A stretch of DNA of 63,305 nt, filler included, from Licmophora abbreviata (lineage: Eukaryota): assembly GCA_900291995.1 (NCBI GenBank). It is 14 parts of 14 records of this genome, joined end to end, with 100 filler letters (N's around TTAATTAATTAA, not from the genome) between each part and the next. Parts side by side here need not be neighbours in the genome. Positions count along the whole stretch, not along the records: positions 53,627 to 55,170 come from OLMU01004153.1; positions 55,271 to 58,754 come from OLMU01004155.1; positions 58,855 to 62,154 come from OLMU01004157.1; positions 62,255 to 63,305 come from OLMU01004169.1; 10 more parts are not named here. One strand, 5' to 3'. Each line of letters begins with the position of its first letter. Position 1 is the stretch's first letter. Of this stretch, positions 54,024 through 63,305 are shown piece by piece. The notes under the pieces are model-generated. The model made no database searches, was not told the DNA's origin, and was given only the letters and a program-made list of their open reading frames with translations. The position numbers and the translations under genes were made by a program.

Positions 54024-55170
54024 CTACTTGAAATACGCATGATACCCGATTCCAAGAAACGTGGCAATGGCATAGCCCAAGTTTCCCACCAGCAGCGATG
54101 GAACTAACAACGAGTTCCACGACTGTGCTTGCGCCAATGCCGCCGCTGTGGCGGGCCCGCCGATCGCCGCCGAGCTGGCAACCAGCAGTCGTTGAGGTAG
54201 TAAGGATGGTCGTTTTGGAAATAGTCTGTGCAGCGATAGCAAGATCAGTCCATGAATGCCGTACAGGATACTCAGGAAGAGTCCCAGTGGCACCAGCGCG
54301 TGGCGTACCGAATCGGCGACTGCGAGGCCCGGGGCGCCTGCCGTTGCAAAGAACAAGTACAACCCGCATGTGCCAAACACATATGCCGCTGGTTGGATTG
54401 GTCTCAGAACAGAAGTGGGCAAAATGGAGGCAAGAATGACTGTAAGGAGTGTGCTGCAGGGCAAGGCGCCCGTCGTGCCGCCAATTCGTTCTCCGACCCA
54501 TGTCAATAGCGCTGCCAGCGACAGTGCCGTCGATGCCTGCTGAACTGTTGTCGGCCGTTGCTCTAGTGAGAGAGACGAGTCTTTTTCCGAGGTAAAAGAT
54601 TCGCCGCTCATTTCCTTTTCTTCTTCTTCCACATCTGGTCGGTTGGCACCAAGTGCACTCGTAATGGGAAAATAGAGTAGTGCAAACAGATTATCCACAC
54701 ACAGTCCCGCCGCCATGGCGGCACTACTCGTATTCAACGATCGACACACAGCAACATAGTTGATCCCCCCACCAATGTTCTTTGCCATTAAAGCTGCTGC
54801 GACCTTGAGTCCATCCGTCCCTAGTGCTGTCTGTAGCAAAGACTGACACACACTCCATCCCACCAAACACGCCACGAGTGTCGATGCGGCCGCATACAAG
54901 AAGGCCTGTAGAAGCGGCCCACAACGTTCGGCACAACCTCGTAAGTCAGCTCCCAACAATAGCAATGGCGTCGCGAGTTGCAAACTGAGCAATTGTAGCG
55001 ACTTGGCTGCGGCGGTACCACCGGCGGGCAGGACTCCGACACTGGCCAGTGCAAAGGCCAAGGCCATGGCAGTGACGGGAGGTCCCAACAATCGACCAAC
55101 GGTAGTTGTCGTTCCCAGTACCTGAGAGGCTGTTGCTGTGGCGGTAAGGACGGCCCAGTTTCCCCAGGTG
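54024..55170 (-). CDS. DUF819-family multi-pass membrane protein, 5' truncated
   Basis: LATPLLLLGADL, NIGGGINYVAV, LLVASSAAIGGPATAAALA, LLVGNLGYAIATFLG. Confidence 0.85.
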
Positions 55171-55800
55171 NNNNNNNNNNNNNNNNNNNNNNNNNNNNNN
55201 NNNNNNNNNNNNNNTTAATTAATTAANNNNNNNNNNNNNNNNNNNNNNNNNNNNNNNNNNNNNNNNNNNNGAAGGGTTGTGGTCAACACCTTCTTGTCAC
55301 TGTCCCCATACAAAAGACTTCTTTTACGTGCATTGCAGAATGGTGCAACTCCACGGATAGAAAATATTGTTGGCGCTGATGAGCACCGACGATGATGTTG
55401 TTTCTATTTTTTTCGGAGCTCGATCATTCGAAAACGCTGAAAGCTAGTATCACGAGCTCTTCGTTAATTCTTTTCTCATGATGTGTGACTGATGTCAAAA
55501 GGGGTTGATGGGCGCGTGGTGTGCACGTGCTGATGATCATGGAAGTGCACCACCAGCCAGGTAAAACCGCACATATTGAATATAGTATACTGCGGTCGCA
55601 TGACATATGGAATCGAATCTCTCTACGAATGCGGTATCTGTTGGTGCGGCACGAGTACAAGATTCCTTCGAAGATTCGATTCAAGATGCATTGCACGCGC
55701 CAAAACTGAATGGGTGCGTGTCGTCCCGTGGTGTCGCGTATCTTCTTCTAGTCACTAAATCAAGGGTCCATAGCAAAACAACTGTTGTATATCACCCAAG

Positions 55801-57213
55801 ATGAAGGTTGCTCTGGTGTCCAGTCTCTTGCTGCTTGTCAGCGTCGCAGCAGGTGCCGAGGAAATCTGTACTTCGAGTACGAACACCTACACCGCCGTCG
55901 TCGACTTGTTTGCGTCCGAGCTAGGTACGTTGTCAAAATATTCGTTCGGGTGACTTTGTGGTGAAGACAGCAGGGGTGCCGTTCTGATTGCCCCACAGAT
56001 CATTTCTAACTTGGAAATCGTCTCAGAAGCAAGCAACAGTGTACCTCTTTTGACGATTTCTGACATTAGCTATCTTCTCCGCATCCAGGTTACTACACCT
56101 TTGCTGAATGCCCAGGCAAGATCAATCCAACAATTGGAATCGAGCTGGGCGAATCGTACACCTTCGTCCAAACGGATCGGTCAAACTGGTTCCACCCAAT
56201 GGGATTTGCCTACTTTCCTGACGGAGCTCACGTGGATGTGGATGAGCTGGAGCCAGAGATATCACAGACCGGCTCGGAGTGCGCTTCCACTAGCTCGTGT
56301 CCCTCGCCGCGATACTTTCGAGATGGCGTCTTCCTTGGAGTTGACGGCACAGATGATTTTGGCCTTGACGTATACGAGCCGGAATTCTTCGCAAGTCCAG
56401 GAGACTGGTCTGCTGCCGGTGACTATTCCATCGAGCTGACGTTCGACGATGGTGACTATTCAAAAGATATCTTCTACTTCTGCCACGTAAGTTCTCCCTG
56501 CTGGTAAAATTATGCGCAGCTTCAGACTATGTCCTACAATATCTTCTCTTTCCTCACCTACAAAACGTGCCGCTTCTCGACAGATTCATCATTCCATGTC
56601 GGGTCGGATCAAGATTCTAAGCGGCGGGGTCCCTGTCTCGACCGAGGACAATCCTCCTCTCGGCTACGAGCTGGATGAACCAAGCTCATTTGATCAAATG
56701 TGCGGAACGTTTGGTTTGGGCGACTATCAGCTCCCCAACCCGGTCTGTCCTGCTAGGTTTGTGTGTCTGGAAAATGAACTAGACCAAACGCTGGCAGATT
56801 TCACGTCATGCTTAGAAGCGATGAACTGCGCCATGCTTGCCGGGATGACCACAGGGATTAAGGCGGCAGATCCGGTAGTTCTGTTCATTCACCACATGAT
56901 CCCGCATCACCAAAATGCAGTGAACATGGCCAAGGCACTATTGAAGCAGGACGTTCTCGACTGCTCTGAACTATCGGATGACGAAGGATATAAATGCGTC
57001 ATGCAAGGTATGATGCGAGAGATCATCAACGGACAGAACCATCAAATTCAGACAATGTTTGCTGTACTGGAGGAACTGGGGGCACCAAAAACAGACAACT
57101 GCGTTGTAGAGATTGAAACCGTGGAAGACAGAACCACGTCATCCAGCACGGGACGACTCAGGCAACGCCTTCTGCTTGGAGCGATAGGTATTTGTACATC
57201 GATATTTCTGTAA
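55801..57213 (+). CDS. Secreted or surface protein: cupredoxin-like domain + DUF305 (ferritin-like) domain + hydrophobic C-tail
   Basis: Signal peptide MKVALVSSLLLLVSVAAG. Introns 55925..56088 and 56487..56583 give NWFHPMGF...FYFCHIHHSMSG, followed by FIHHMIPHHQNAVNMAK...IINGQNHQIQTM. Confidence 0.82.
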
Positions 57214-57708
57214 GTGATAAATGACGTTTCTCTCTCAGTCTTGGGTTGTTCCTCTATGAGTAGAAGCACGACTTGACGAGCATTTCGCCCTCCTCTGCTA
57301 GAGGTATAGTAGGAGACTAGTACTGCAGCACTATGTAGCCGCCTCGTAGCTACTGGTACCGAGGATAGATTCTTATTTCGCATTCCATCGTGGACTATAG
57401 CACGGGCTCTTCCTTTTTTGGGGCGGTCCATGCCTCACAAATAAGGCGGCGGAACCGCGACGCACAATGGCGCCAACCTTCGTTTGAATTTGTCGAGTCG
57501 ATGAAGTCAAAAACACGGGGAATGTCTGATGTGACAACATGCTACGTCACGATCTACTTATCGAATTTTGACTGGTGACGTTCGAATGTTTGAACTCTTT
57601 CTTTCAATTTGGTGTGTTGTGCCGTTGTGCCATTGAGAGACCGACTTTGTTGAGCACACTTGCGTCTCCTTTTCCGCCTTGAAGCCTCTCGTATAAGTCT
57701 CCGCGAGG

Positions 57709-58506
57709 ATGATTCAAAATTGCATTCGGGTACTCGTGCTTTTGCTGGTGTCGTTGTCGGCCCTGGGGTTCTCTGGGGTCGGGTCTCGTAGAAGTAGTAA
57801 GAGCACAGCTGCTGCTCGAGGTGCTGCTGCATCTACACGACAACAGGCACAGTGCTCTCCCCTATTTCGACACTCTCCTCCGATAAGAATCTTTCCTATG
57901 AATCGCAACTTACAATCCACAACCAAGATTTTCATGACAGCGGACGACGATGCCGGAGACGACGACGAATCTGCAACAGAAACCGACAATAAGGGCCTCT
58001 TGGAGAAAGTGGACGATTTCGGTCTCTCCCTCAAACCCAAGGCGATCAAACTGAAGGAAAAGCGCGATGAGGTTCAAGATGACAAGAAGAGACAAATCTG
58101 GTTAACTCTCCGCGTCTGCGGCTTGTTTACATTGTTCATTGCGTACAGAGCATACAGAGGTCTTTTTGTCTTGCTACCGGCCGTCTTTCGAGAAGTCTAT
58201 TCCAAAATGGAAGCATCGGTGGACAGTCCTTTCACGGAGGATCCGCAAGATATAAACCCGGAAACAGGCAAAGTGCGTTGGCGTACGCGCATCACGGTGG
58301 CGGTGCTGTCGGCGATTGTGACTTTTTCGTACGTGGCGACGGGGTTGATACGGATTGCGGGAAAGTTCCTCCAGACGGTCTTGTCCACTGCGAATATCAT
58401 GAACTCGTTTGAGGCGGCAGCAGATGAAGTGGAAGTCAATGAAGGAAAGATTCGCAAAATGACGGACAAGGAGAAAGGCGGTGGAACGAGTGGGTTGGCG
58501 CCGTGA
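57709..58506 (+). CDS. Putative plastid membrane protein of unknown function
   Basis: Signal peptide ending ALG|F, basic transit-like region, and two hydrophobic segments. Confidence 0.75.
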   Translation: MIQNCIRVLVLLLVSLSALGFSGVGSRRSSKSTAAARGAAASTRQQAQCSPLFRHSPPIRIFPMNRNLQSTTKIFMTADDDAGDDDESATETDNKGLLEKVDDFGLSLKPKAIKLKEKRDEVQDDKKRQIWLTLRVCGLFTLFIAYRAYRGLFVLLPAVFREVYSKMEASVDSPFTEDPQDINPETGKVRWRTRITVAVLSAIVTFSYVATGLIRIAGKFLQTVLSTANIMNSFEAAADEVEVNEGKIRKMTDKEKGGGTSGLAP

Positions 58507-59029
58507 GGATGCCCTATTCCTCTCGAGTCTAGTGTTGGACTGACGCTGTGTGTGAATGTGTGTGTTTTGGTGCCATGTAAGAGAGCGGAGAGTAGGAGCG
58601 TATTATAAAGAATCATCATGCTCTTATGCTCGTAACGCCGCGTTATCATGTATGTGTGAGTCGTCAGACCCCGAGCAAGGCTCGGTATTGTGCTCATTCG
58701 TCAAAAGAGTTCTTTTCTATGACCTCAGACTACCACTACTTCGCGTCATGATGANNNNNNNNNNNNNNNNNNNNNNNNNNNNNNNNNNNNNNNNNNNNTT
58801 AATTAATTAANNNNNNNNNNNNNNNNNNNNNNNNNNNNNNNNNNNNNNNNNNNNGCGAATCTCGCGGCGGCTCTTCATTGCCGTCGAATATTGGTGTCGC
58901 AGAAGCCGACTCGTTCGACTGATCCTTTCCGCGGCAGGCGGACGCGATTGGATGAGTTCCATTCCATCCATCGATGCCTCGTCGTCAATCGTAGGCTATT
59001 GCCAATCTCGACTTGTGAGGAGTAACCTT

Positions 59030-60151
59030 TCAATCTAGTGGACGGCTCCTCTTCTTACTTGGTCGCTCTTCCTCAAAGGTCCCAATGTATATCTGGATTT
59101 GCGCTCGTTCCCATGCTTGATACTCTTCCTCAGTCATGTTGGCCGTGTCCGCCTCGGAAATCTCCGCCAGAGGCGTCGGTACACCTTGCACACCAATGAG
59201 AGTCGATTGAAAGTAGCGTTGACTGGACGGAGAATCCGGATTGCCATAGTCTTTCCAGTGCAATGGACAGGAATCATCATTATGTTGAAATAGGCGCCAC
59301 TCGAGACCGAACTGTTGGTGTGATTGTACAAAAAAATCGCGTTCCACCTCGGGTTTTCGCCACCGCACGGCCAACACTACACGTCCTGTTTTCGGTTGTA
59401 GATTTTGCTGTATCGTAGTCACCAGGGCGGGAATCAAGGCGACATTGTAGAGCAAGTCGGCGCCCAAGATCAAATCAGTCCTACCAGTCTCCTCCTGTTC
59501 CTCGTCAACATCACAACTCCACAATAGCGGCTTTGTTTCCATAGTGACATGGTTCGGTAAAATAAGATGCTGATTGCGTTGCACATTGTACTCGAGCAGG
59601 GGCATAGCGGCAGGGTGGTCTGTCAGAACGATTCGTTGTGGTCGTTGTGACTTGCTGGTGTCGTCGGTATTAGTAGTAGTACTCATAGAACAAGCGAACG
59701 CCATGCCCACAGTCCCAAGCCCTGCACCTAGCTCCAGGACAGTGTCCATCCGCTTATCATCGTCCACATGCAGTAGGCTTTGTTCTTTTTGCAGAAGTAT
59801 GCGAGGAAGCAGGCGTGCCAGTGTCAATCCTGCGGGCCAGGCCATGGCGTGCGTGCCGTCCGCCTCGCGGACGATGGTGTCGGTCGTCGTACATGCATCA
59901 TCATCCGATGGAATTTGGGACACTAATTTCAGTTCCTTTCCATCCGTCAGTGGAACTCGAATCATAACACAACCTTCTTCCTCCGCGTCATCGCTGGATG
60001 CTTCATCATCACGGCCCACTTGAATTTGCAAGACATCGCCGGGAGTCGATCCCTCGGGTACCGGCAATTCCAGTTCCTTTCCGTCGATCCGGAACGTCAA
60101 GCTGTCTCCCGGTTCTGATCCCGGTGGAACCTGAATGGTAATGGAAGGCAT
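59030..60151 (-). CDS. Lysine methyltransferase, family 16 (METTL21-like)
   Basis: AWPAGLTLA, VLELGAGLGTVG, IVLTD, LEYNVQRN, DLILGADLLYN. Confidence 0.88.
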   Translation of the reverse strand: MPSITIQVPPGSEPGDSLTFRIDGKELELPVPEGSTPGDVLQIQVGRDDEASSDDAEEEGCVMIRVPLTDGKELKLVSQIPSDDDACTTTDTIVREADGTHAMAWPAGLTLARLLPRILLQKEQSLLHVDDDKRMDTVLELGAGLGTVGMAFACSMSTTTNTDDTSKSQRPQRIVLTDHPAAMPLLEYNVQRNQHLILPNHVTMETKPLLWSCDVDEEQEETGRTDLILGADLLYNVALIPALVTTIQQNLQPKTGRVVLAVRWRKPEVERDFFVQSHQQFGLEWRLFQHNDDSCPLHWKDYGNPDSPSSQRYFQSTLIGVQGVPTPLAEISEADTANMTEEEYQAWERAQIQIYIGTFEEERPSKKRSRPLD

Positions 60152-60396
60152 ACAGTGTGGGAAAGAGAGTATGAGCACACTCTATGATGTACAATGTGGT
60201 ACGATAGCTTCATCAGAGCAGACACATCACCGCCGGTAATGAAACACGCCTAATTTTGTCGCACTCAAAAATCATCCCAACTTTGGCGGCCTCGCGCACC
60301 CATCGCGACGACGAGACTGATGCGCTGCACTCTCTTCACCCCTACCTGGTACCACTTTCGTTTTGTTGGATCTTGCTGTGTTCTTTGAAATAGAGA

Positions 60397-61353
60397 ATGC
60401 GCAGGGTGAATGCTAGTAGACTTTCCTTCATTGCTGCTCTTGTATTCCTGTCGCTCTTGGCGTCACTCTCATCATCCTTGTGTCTTGTCGTCGCAGCGGT
60501 GGTGGTCGATCAGGACAGTGGTAGTAGTAGCTTGTCGGAGTGTGAGAATGAGGACGTTTCGTCGACAACAACGACGACAGGCTGCTTGAATCCAGACCAC
60601 GAAACACCATGGAGATGGAAGCCGGCACAGCGACATCGCTGCAATATTCCTGTCGTAACCTACCATGAGCTGTTGGAAACCTACGGAACAGCAGGACTCC
60701 CGCCACTGCACCCCAGTCCACTCGTCGTTCGAGGAGATCCTCACAATGCCGACTTTCGACGTCTGACGCGACTGGATACGATACTTTCCTCTCTTCCGCT
60801 GAACTTTAACATTACACTCTCTAGTTCCAATTCATTCTCGACGCATCGACGGACAATCCCACTGGCACAGTATTTGGACGAACTCTTGGAGAATCAGGGA
60901 GAAACAACGCCGGACCAACTATCCAACGAAACGTGGTACTTGTTTGGAGAAACCTACACGGAGGCATGGCAGCAGCTCTTACAAGAACACTACCACTTGC
61001 CACCCTGTCAGACCTGTTCCAGGGCACTCACGGCGCTCTCCTTTGGCATTGGCAATCGCGGTTCCGGCGTGCAGTGGCACTCGCACGGACCGGGATTTTC
61101 GCAAGCCCTGCATGGACGTAAACACTGGGTACTTTACAAGGAAAAACCATCTTTTCATCCTGACTATACCTCGCGGCATTGGATGGAATATACTTATACG
61201 GAACTGCCCACGTGGCAACTGCCGGACGAGTGTACGTTGGACCCGGGGGACATGCTGTACTTTCCGGATGGATGGTTTCATGCGACGATCAATCTCGATC
61301 CGTATACGGCCTTTGTGTCGGCGTTCACCACCGAACATGGTCTTGTCGTTTAG
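60397..61353 (+). CDS. JMJD8: JmjC/cupin protein with signal peptide, JMJD8-like
   Basis: SFGIGNRGSGVQWHSHGPGFSQALHGRKHWVLY and ECTLDPGDMLYFPDGWFHATINL. The HxH...H pattern and signal peptide are as in JMJD8. Confidence 0.82.
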   Translation: MRRVNASRLSFIAALVFLSLLASLSSSLCLVVAAVVVDQDSGSSSLSECENEDVSSTTTTTGCLNPDHETPWRWKPAQRHRCNIPVVTYHELLETYGTAGLPPLHPSPLVVRGDPHNADFRRLTRLDTILSSLPLNFNITLSSSNSFSTHRRTIPLAQYLDELLENQGETTPDQLSNETWYLFGETYTEAWQQLLQEHYHLPPCQTCSRALTALSFGIGNRGSGVQWHSHGPGFSQALHGRKHWVLYKEKPSFHPDYTSRHWMEYTYTELPTWQLPDECTLDPGDMLYFPDGWFHATINLDPYTAFVSAFTTEHGLVV

Positions 61354-61670
61354 AAGTGTACAGATATAGCGTCGACATGACACGTCGAAACGTACAAAAC
61401 TAACATAGAAGCAGCATTCTAGAAAGTATGTAACGAACAGAGTCGCTTTCGTGTGCGTGCAAAGCCCCGCCCTATTATTGTCAATTTATATTTTTTTATT
61501 TTTTCATGTTTTGTGCATTTGAGGATTTGTGTGACCGAGTCGATCAATGTTCTTCTCGTGTCGAAAGTTGGAACGTGTACTTTCGCGACGGTGGAAGAGC
61601 TGGAGAACCCACTCAGAGAATGCAAGCAGAGAAAGAGTGATTAAGCAGATGGCCAAACGACAAAGAGTCT

Positions 61671-62154
61671 TCACATGGGTACAATCGACGGCCGCGCTTG
61701 GCCATCGGTTCGGTCGGCACTGTCCTTCATGGCCGATGCATACTGAGTCAAAAATGCACCAAGCGTCGCAGCCGCCAGAGGTATCGCTGCTTCGTCGCGT
61801 GCATCCCCGCTACTGGAAGGCTGCTGCTGTCCCACACGCTTCTTGGCGTCCTCAACGGCTGCTGCCGCCAAGGCCGTCACAGCGTCAACCTGATGTTGAA
61901 AAGCTTCCGGGTTGGCAATCGCCGCCACGGTGCGATCGACAAAGAGTTCTTGCATCTGAGGGGGGAGGACGGCGAGCGACTCTTGCAGTTTCTTTCCCAG
62001 TGCGGGATTCACCGGGTTCGTCGACGCGGTCGGTTGGATGCTATTTTCGAGCCCTATGCTCTTTTCGATACCTTGTTCGGATGCGGCTGAATCGGGGAGA
62101 GCCGCCATGTCAAGTAGCCCTGAGAGGTCCTCGCTGGCATCAAAGTTATCGGAA
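61671..62154 (-). CDS. Hypothetical protein C-terminal fragment
   Basis: Frame open from the gap to the stop at 61671; Ala-rich helical composition. Confidence 0.6.
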
Positions 62155-62589
62155 NNNNNNNNNNNNNNNNNNNNNNNNNNNNNNNNNNNNNNNNNNNNTT
62201 AATTAATTAANNNNNNNNNNNNNNNNNNNNNNNNNNNNNNNNNNNNNNNNNNNNTTTTCGAAATTTTCCAATCCTAGAAACCTTGGGCATGGTGAGCTGT
62301 CGGTGAGATGATGAGCTAGATTAAAATGGCTTGTGGAATGAAAGTTCTCTGGACGTTGTAGGCAACAGCGATGGCCCCGGCCATTTTTTTTCAGTTTGGA
62401 ATATTTAATTTTTGGTTCGTTTCGAGTTTTCCGTTTTCGAGTTCGTGGACAGGATTGAGTCGAAGCAGTCATGTCTGTTCATGCACGACCCGCGGGCGCC
62501 GCGCGGGCAGTTTTCTTCGTAGGCGAATCTAAACCAAATGTGCTTTGTACCTTGTAGTCTGCCGGTACCAGATAGATTGGCCTTAGTTC

Positions 62590-63305
62590 CTAGCTAGGAT
62601 TTGTGCGAATAGGTTCACCCTTTCGCTTTCTCTTATCATCAGGCGCATGAAAGTTCTCCCTGTCGTAAAAGGAGCGTAGCAATGTGATCGCTTCGTCTTC
62701 GAGAATACCACCCATGATGGGATAGCCTGTGTGGTGCTCCGAGGGAAGGGCATTCGGCTTGTGCAGATGCATCAGTGAGCCACAACCTCCGAATCTATCG
62801 TTTCGGCAGCCGAAGAATACTCTCCCCATTCCCACTCTTGCCAAGGCTGCTGCGCACTGTCTCACAAAGAAGAGAAGGAGCGACCACAGTACGACAATCA
62901 GAGTACGGTGCGAGGTACCCGAAGCACACGGCGACAACATTATCCACTTACCATGATACACGGCTCACAAGTCACATATAAATCACACTTTTCAAACACA
63001 TCTTCCGTATACAATCTGCCGCTTCCCCATCCATACTCATTTTTCCAGTGCATTGGGTCCTCCTGCACGTTGACCCATTTGTCCTGCATAAACTCCTTTA
63101 AATTCTCTTCGGACAACAACAGGGGCGAGTCAGCGGGCATGTTCCCGTGTGTCGACTTTGCAATGACCGTGGGCGGAAGGCCCAGCTGATCCGAGAAAGC
63201 CCCTCCCGTGATCATGCGGTCAATGGCCACTATTTCGGCATGCCTCGTGGCATCGCGTGTCGCATTCACTTGATTCGCCCCATGAGACACGATGACTGAC
63301 GCGTC
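62590..63305 (-). CDS. ADAT2: tRNA-specific adenosine deaminase (ADAT2/Tad2), 5' outside window
   Basis: NATRDATRHAE, LYVTCEPCIM|CAAAL across intron 62857..62951, and VFFGCRNDRFGGCGS. Confidence 0.92.

Noticed and set aside
58855..59029. Short open frames at the start of a contig
   Set aside because: Open on both strands and too short to decide strand or coding status.
59030..61353. Head-to-head methyltransferase and JmjC genes as a writer/eraser pair
   Set aside because: The JmjC protein is JMJD8-like with a signal peptide, so it is in a different compartment and is not an established demethylase.
9946..62254. Recurrent TTAATTAATTAA flanked by N as a biological repeat or CRISPR
   Set aside because: Fixed 100-nt scaffolding linker with six-frame stops.

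Overview
Gene-dense eukaryotic nuclear DNA, almost certainly from a diatom (inference from short GT-AG introns, bipartite plastid presequences, RXL propeptide motifs, SMSM tracts and fasciclins). It is a scaffold of 14 contigs joined by 13 artificial 100-nt linkers (44 N + TTAATTAATTAA + 44 N). Genes continue across some linkers, so contig order is probably real. About 33 protein-coding genes or gene fragments are supportable, including a GRAB golgin, ABCF, five sulfotransferase-like genes, a multi-PAS adenylyl cyclase, a Sen1-like helicase, a SYLF protein, an SLC35A transporter, a PTEN-like phosphatase, PI synthase, a protease-less FtsH, two fasciclins, copine, DUF819, a cupredoxin-DUF305 protein, a METTL21-like methyltransferase, JMJD8 and ADAT2. 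Six single-base frameshifts look like sequencing errors. The best leads are: (1) a soluble adenylyl cyclase with three FixL-type His-ligand PAS domains, a candidate heme O2/gas-sensing cAMP switch; (2) a secreted precursor with six RXL sites releasing five 27-aa cationic-aromatic/acidic peptides; (3) a sulfotransferase and nucleotide-sugar-transporter neighbourhood whose paralogs carry two hypervariable patches; (4) a WW domain inserted in a Sen1-like helicase; (5) a putative surface blue-copper/DUF305 fusion. No rRNA, tRNA, CRISPR or recognisable transposon was found. All family calls come from motif recognition by eye, not database searches.
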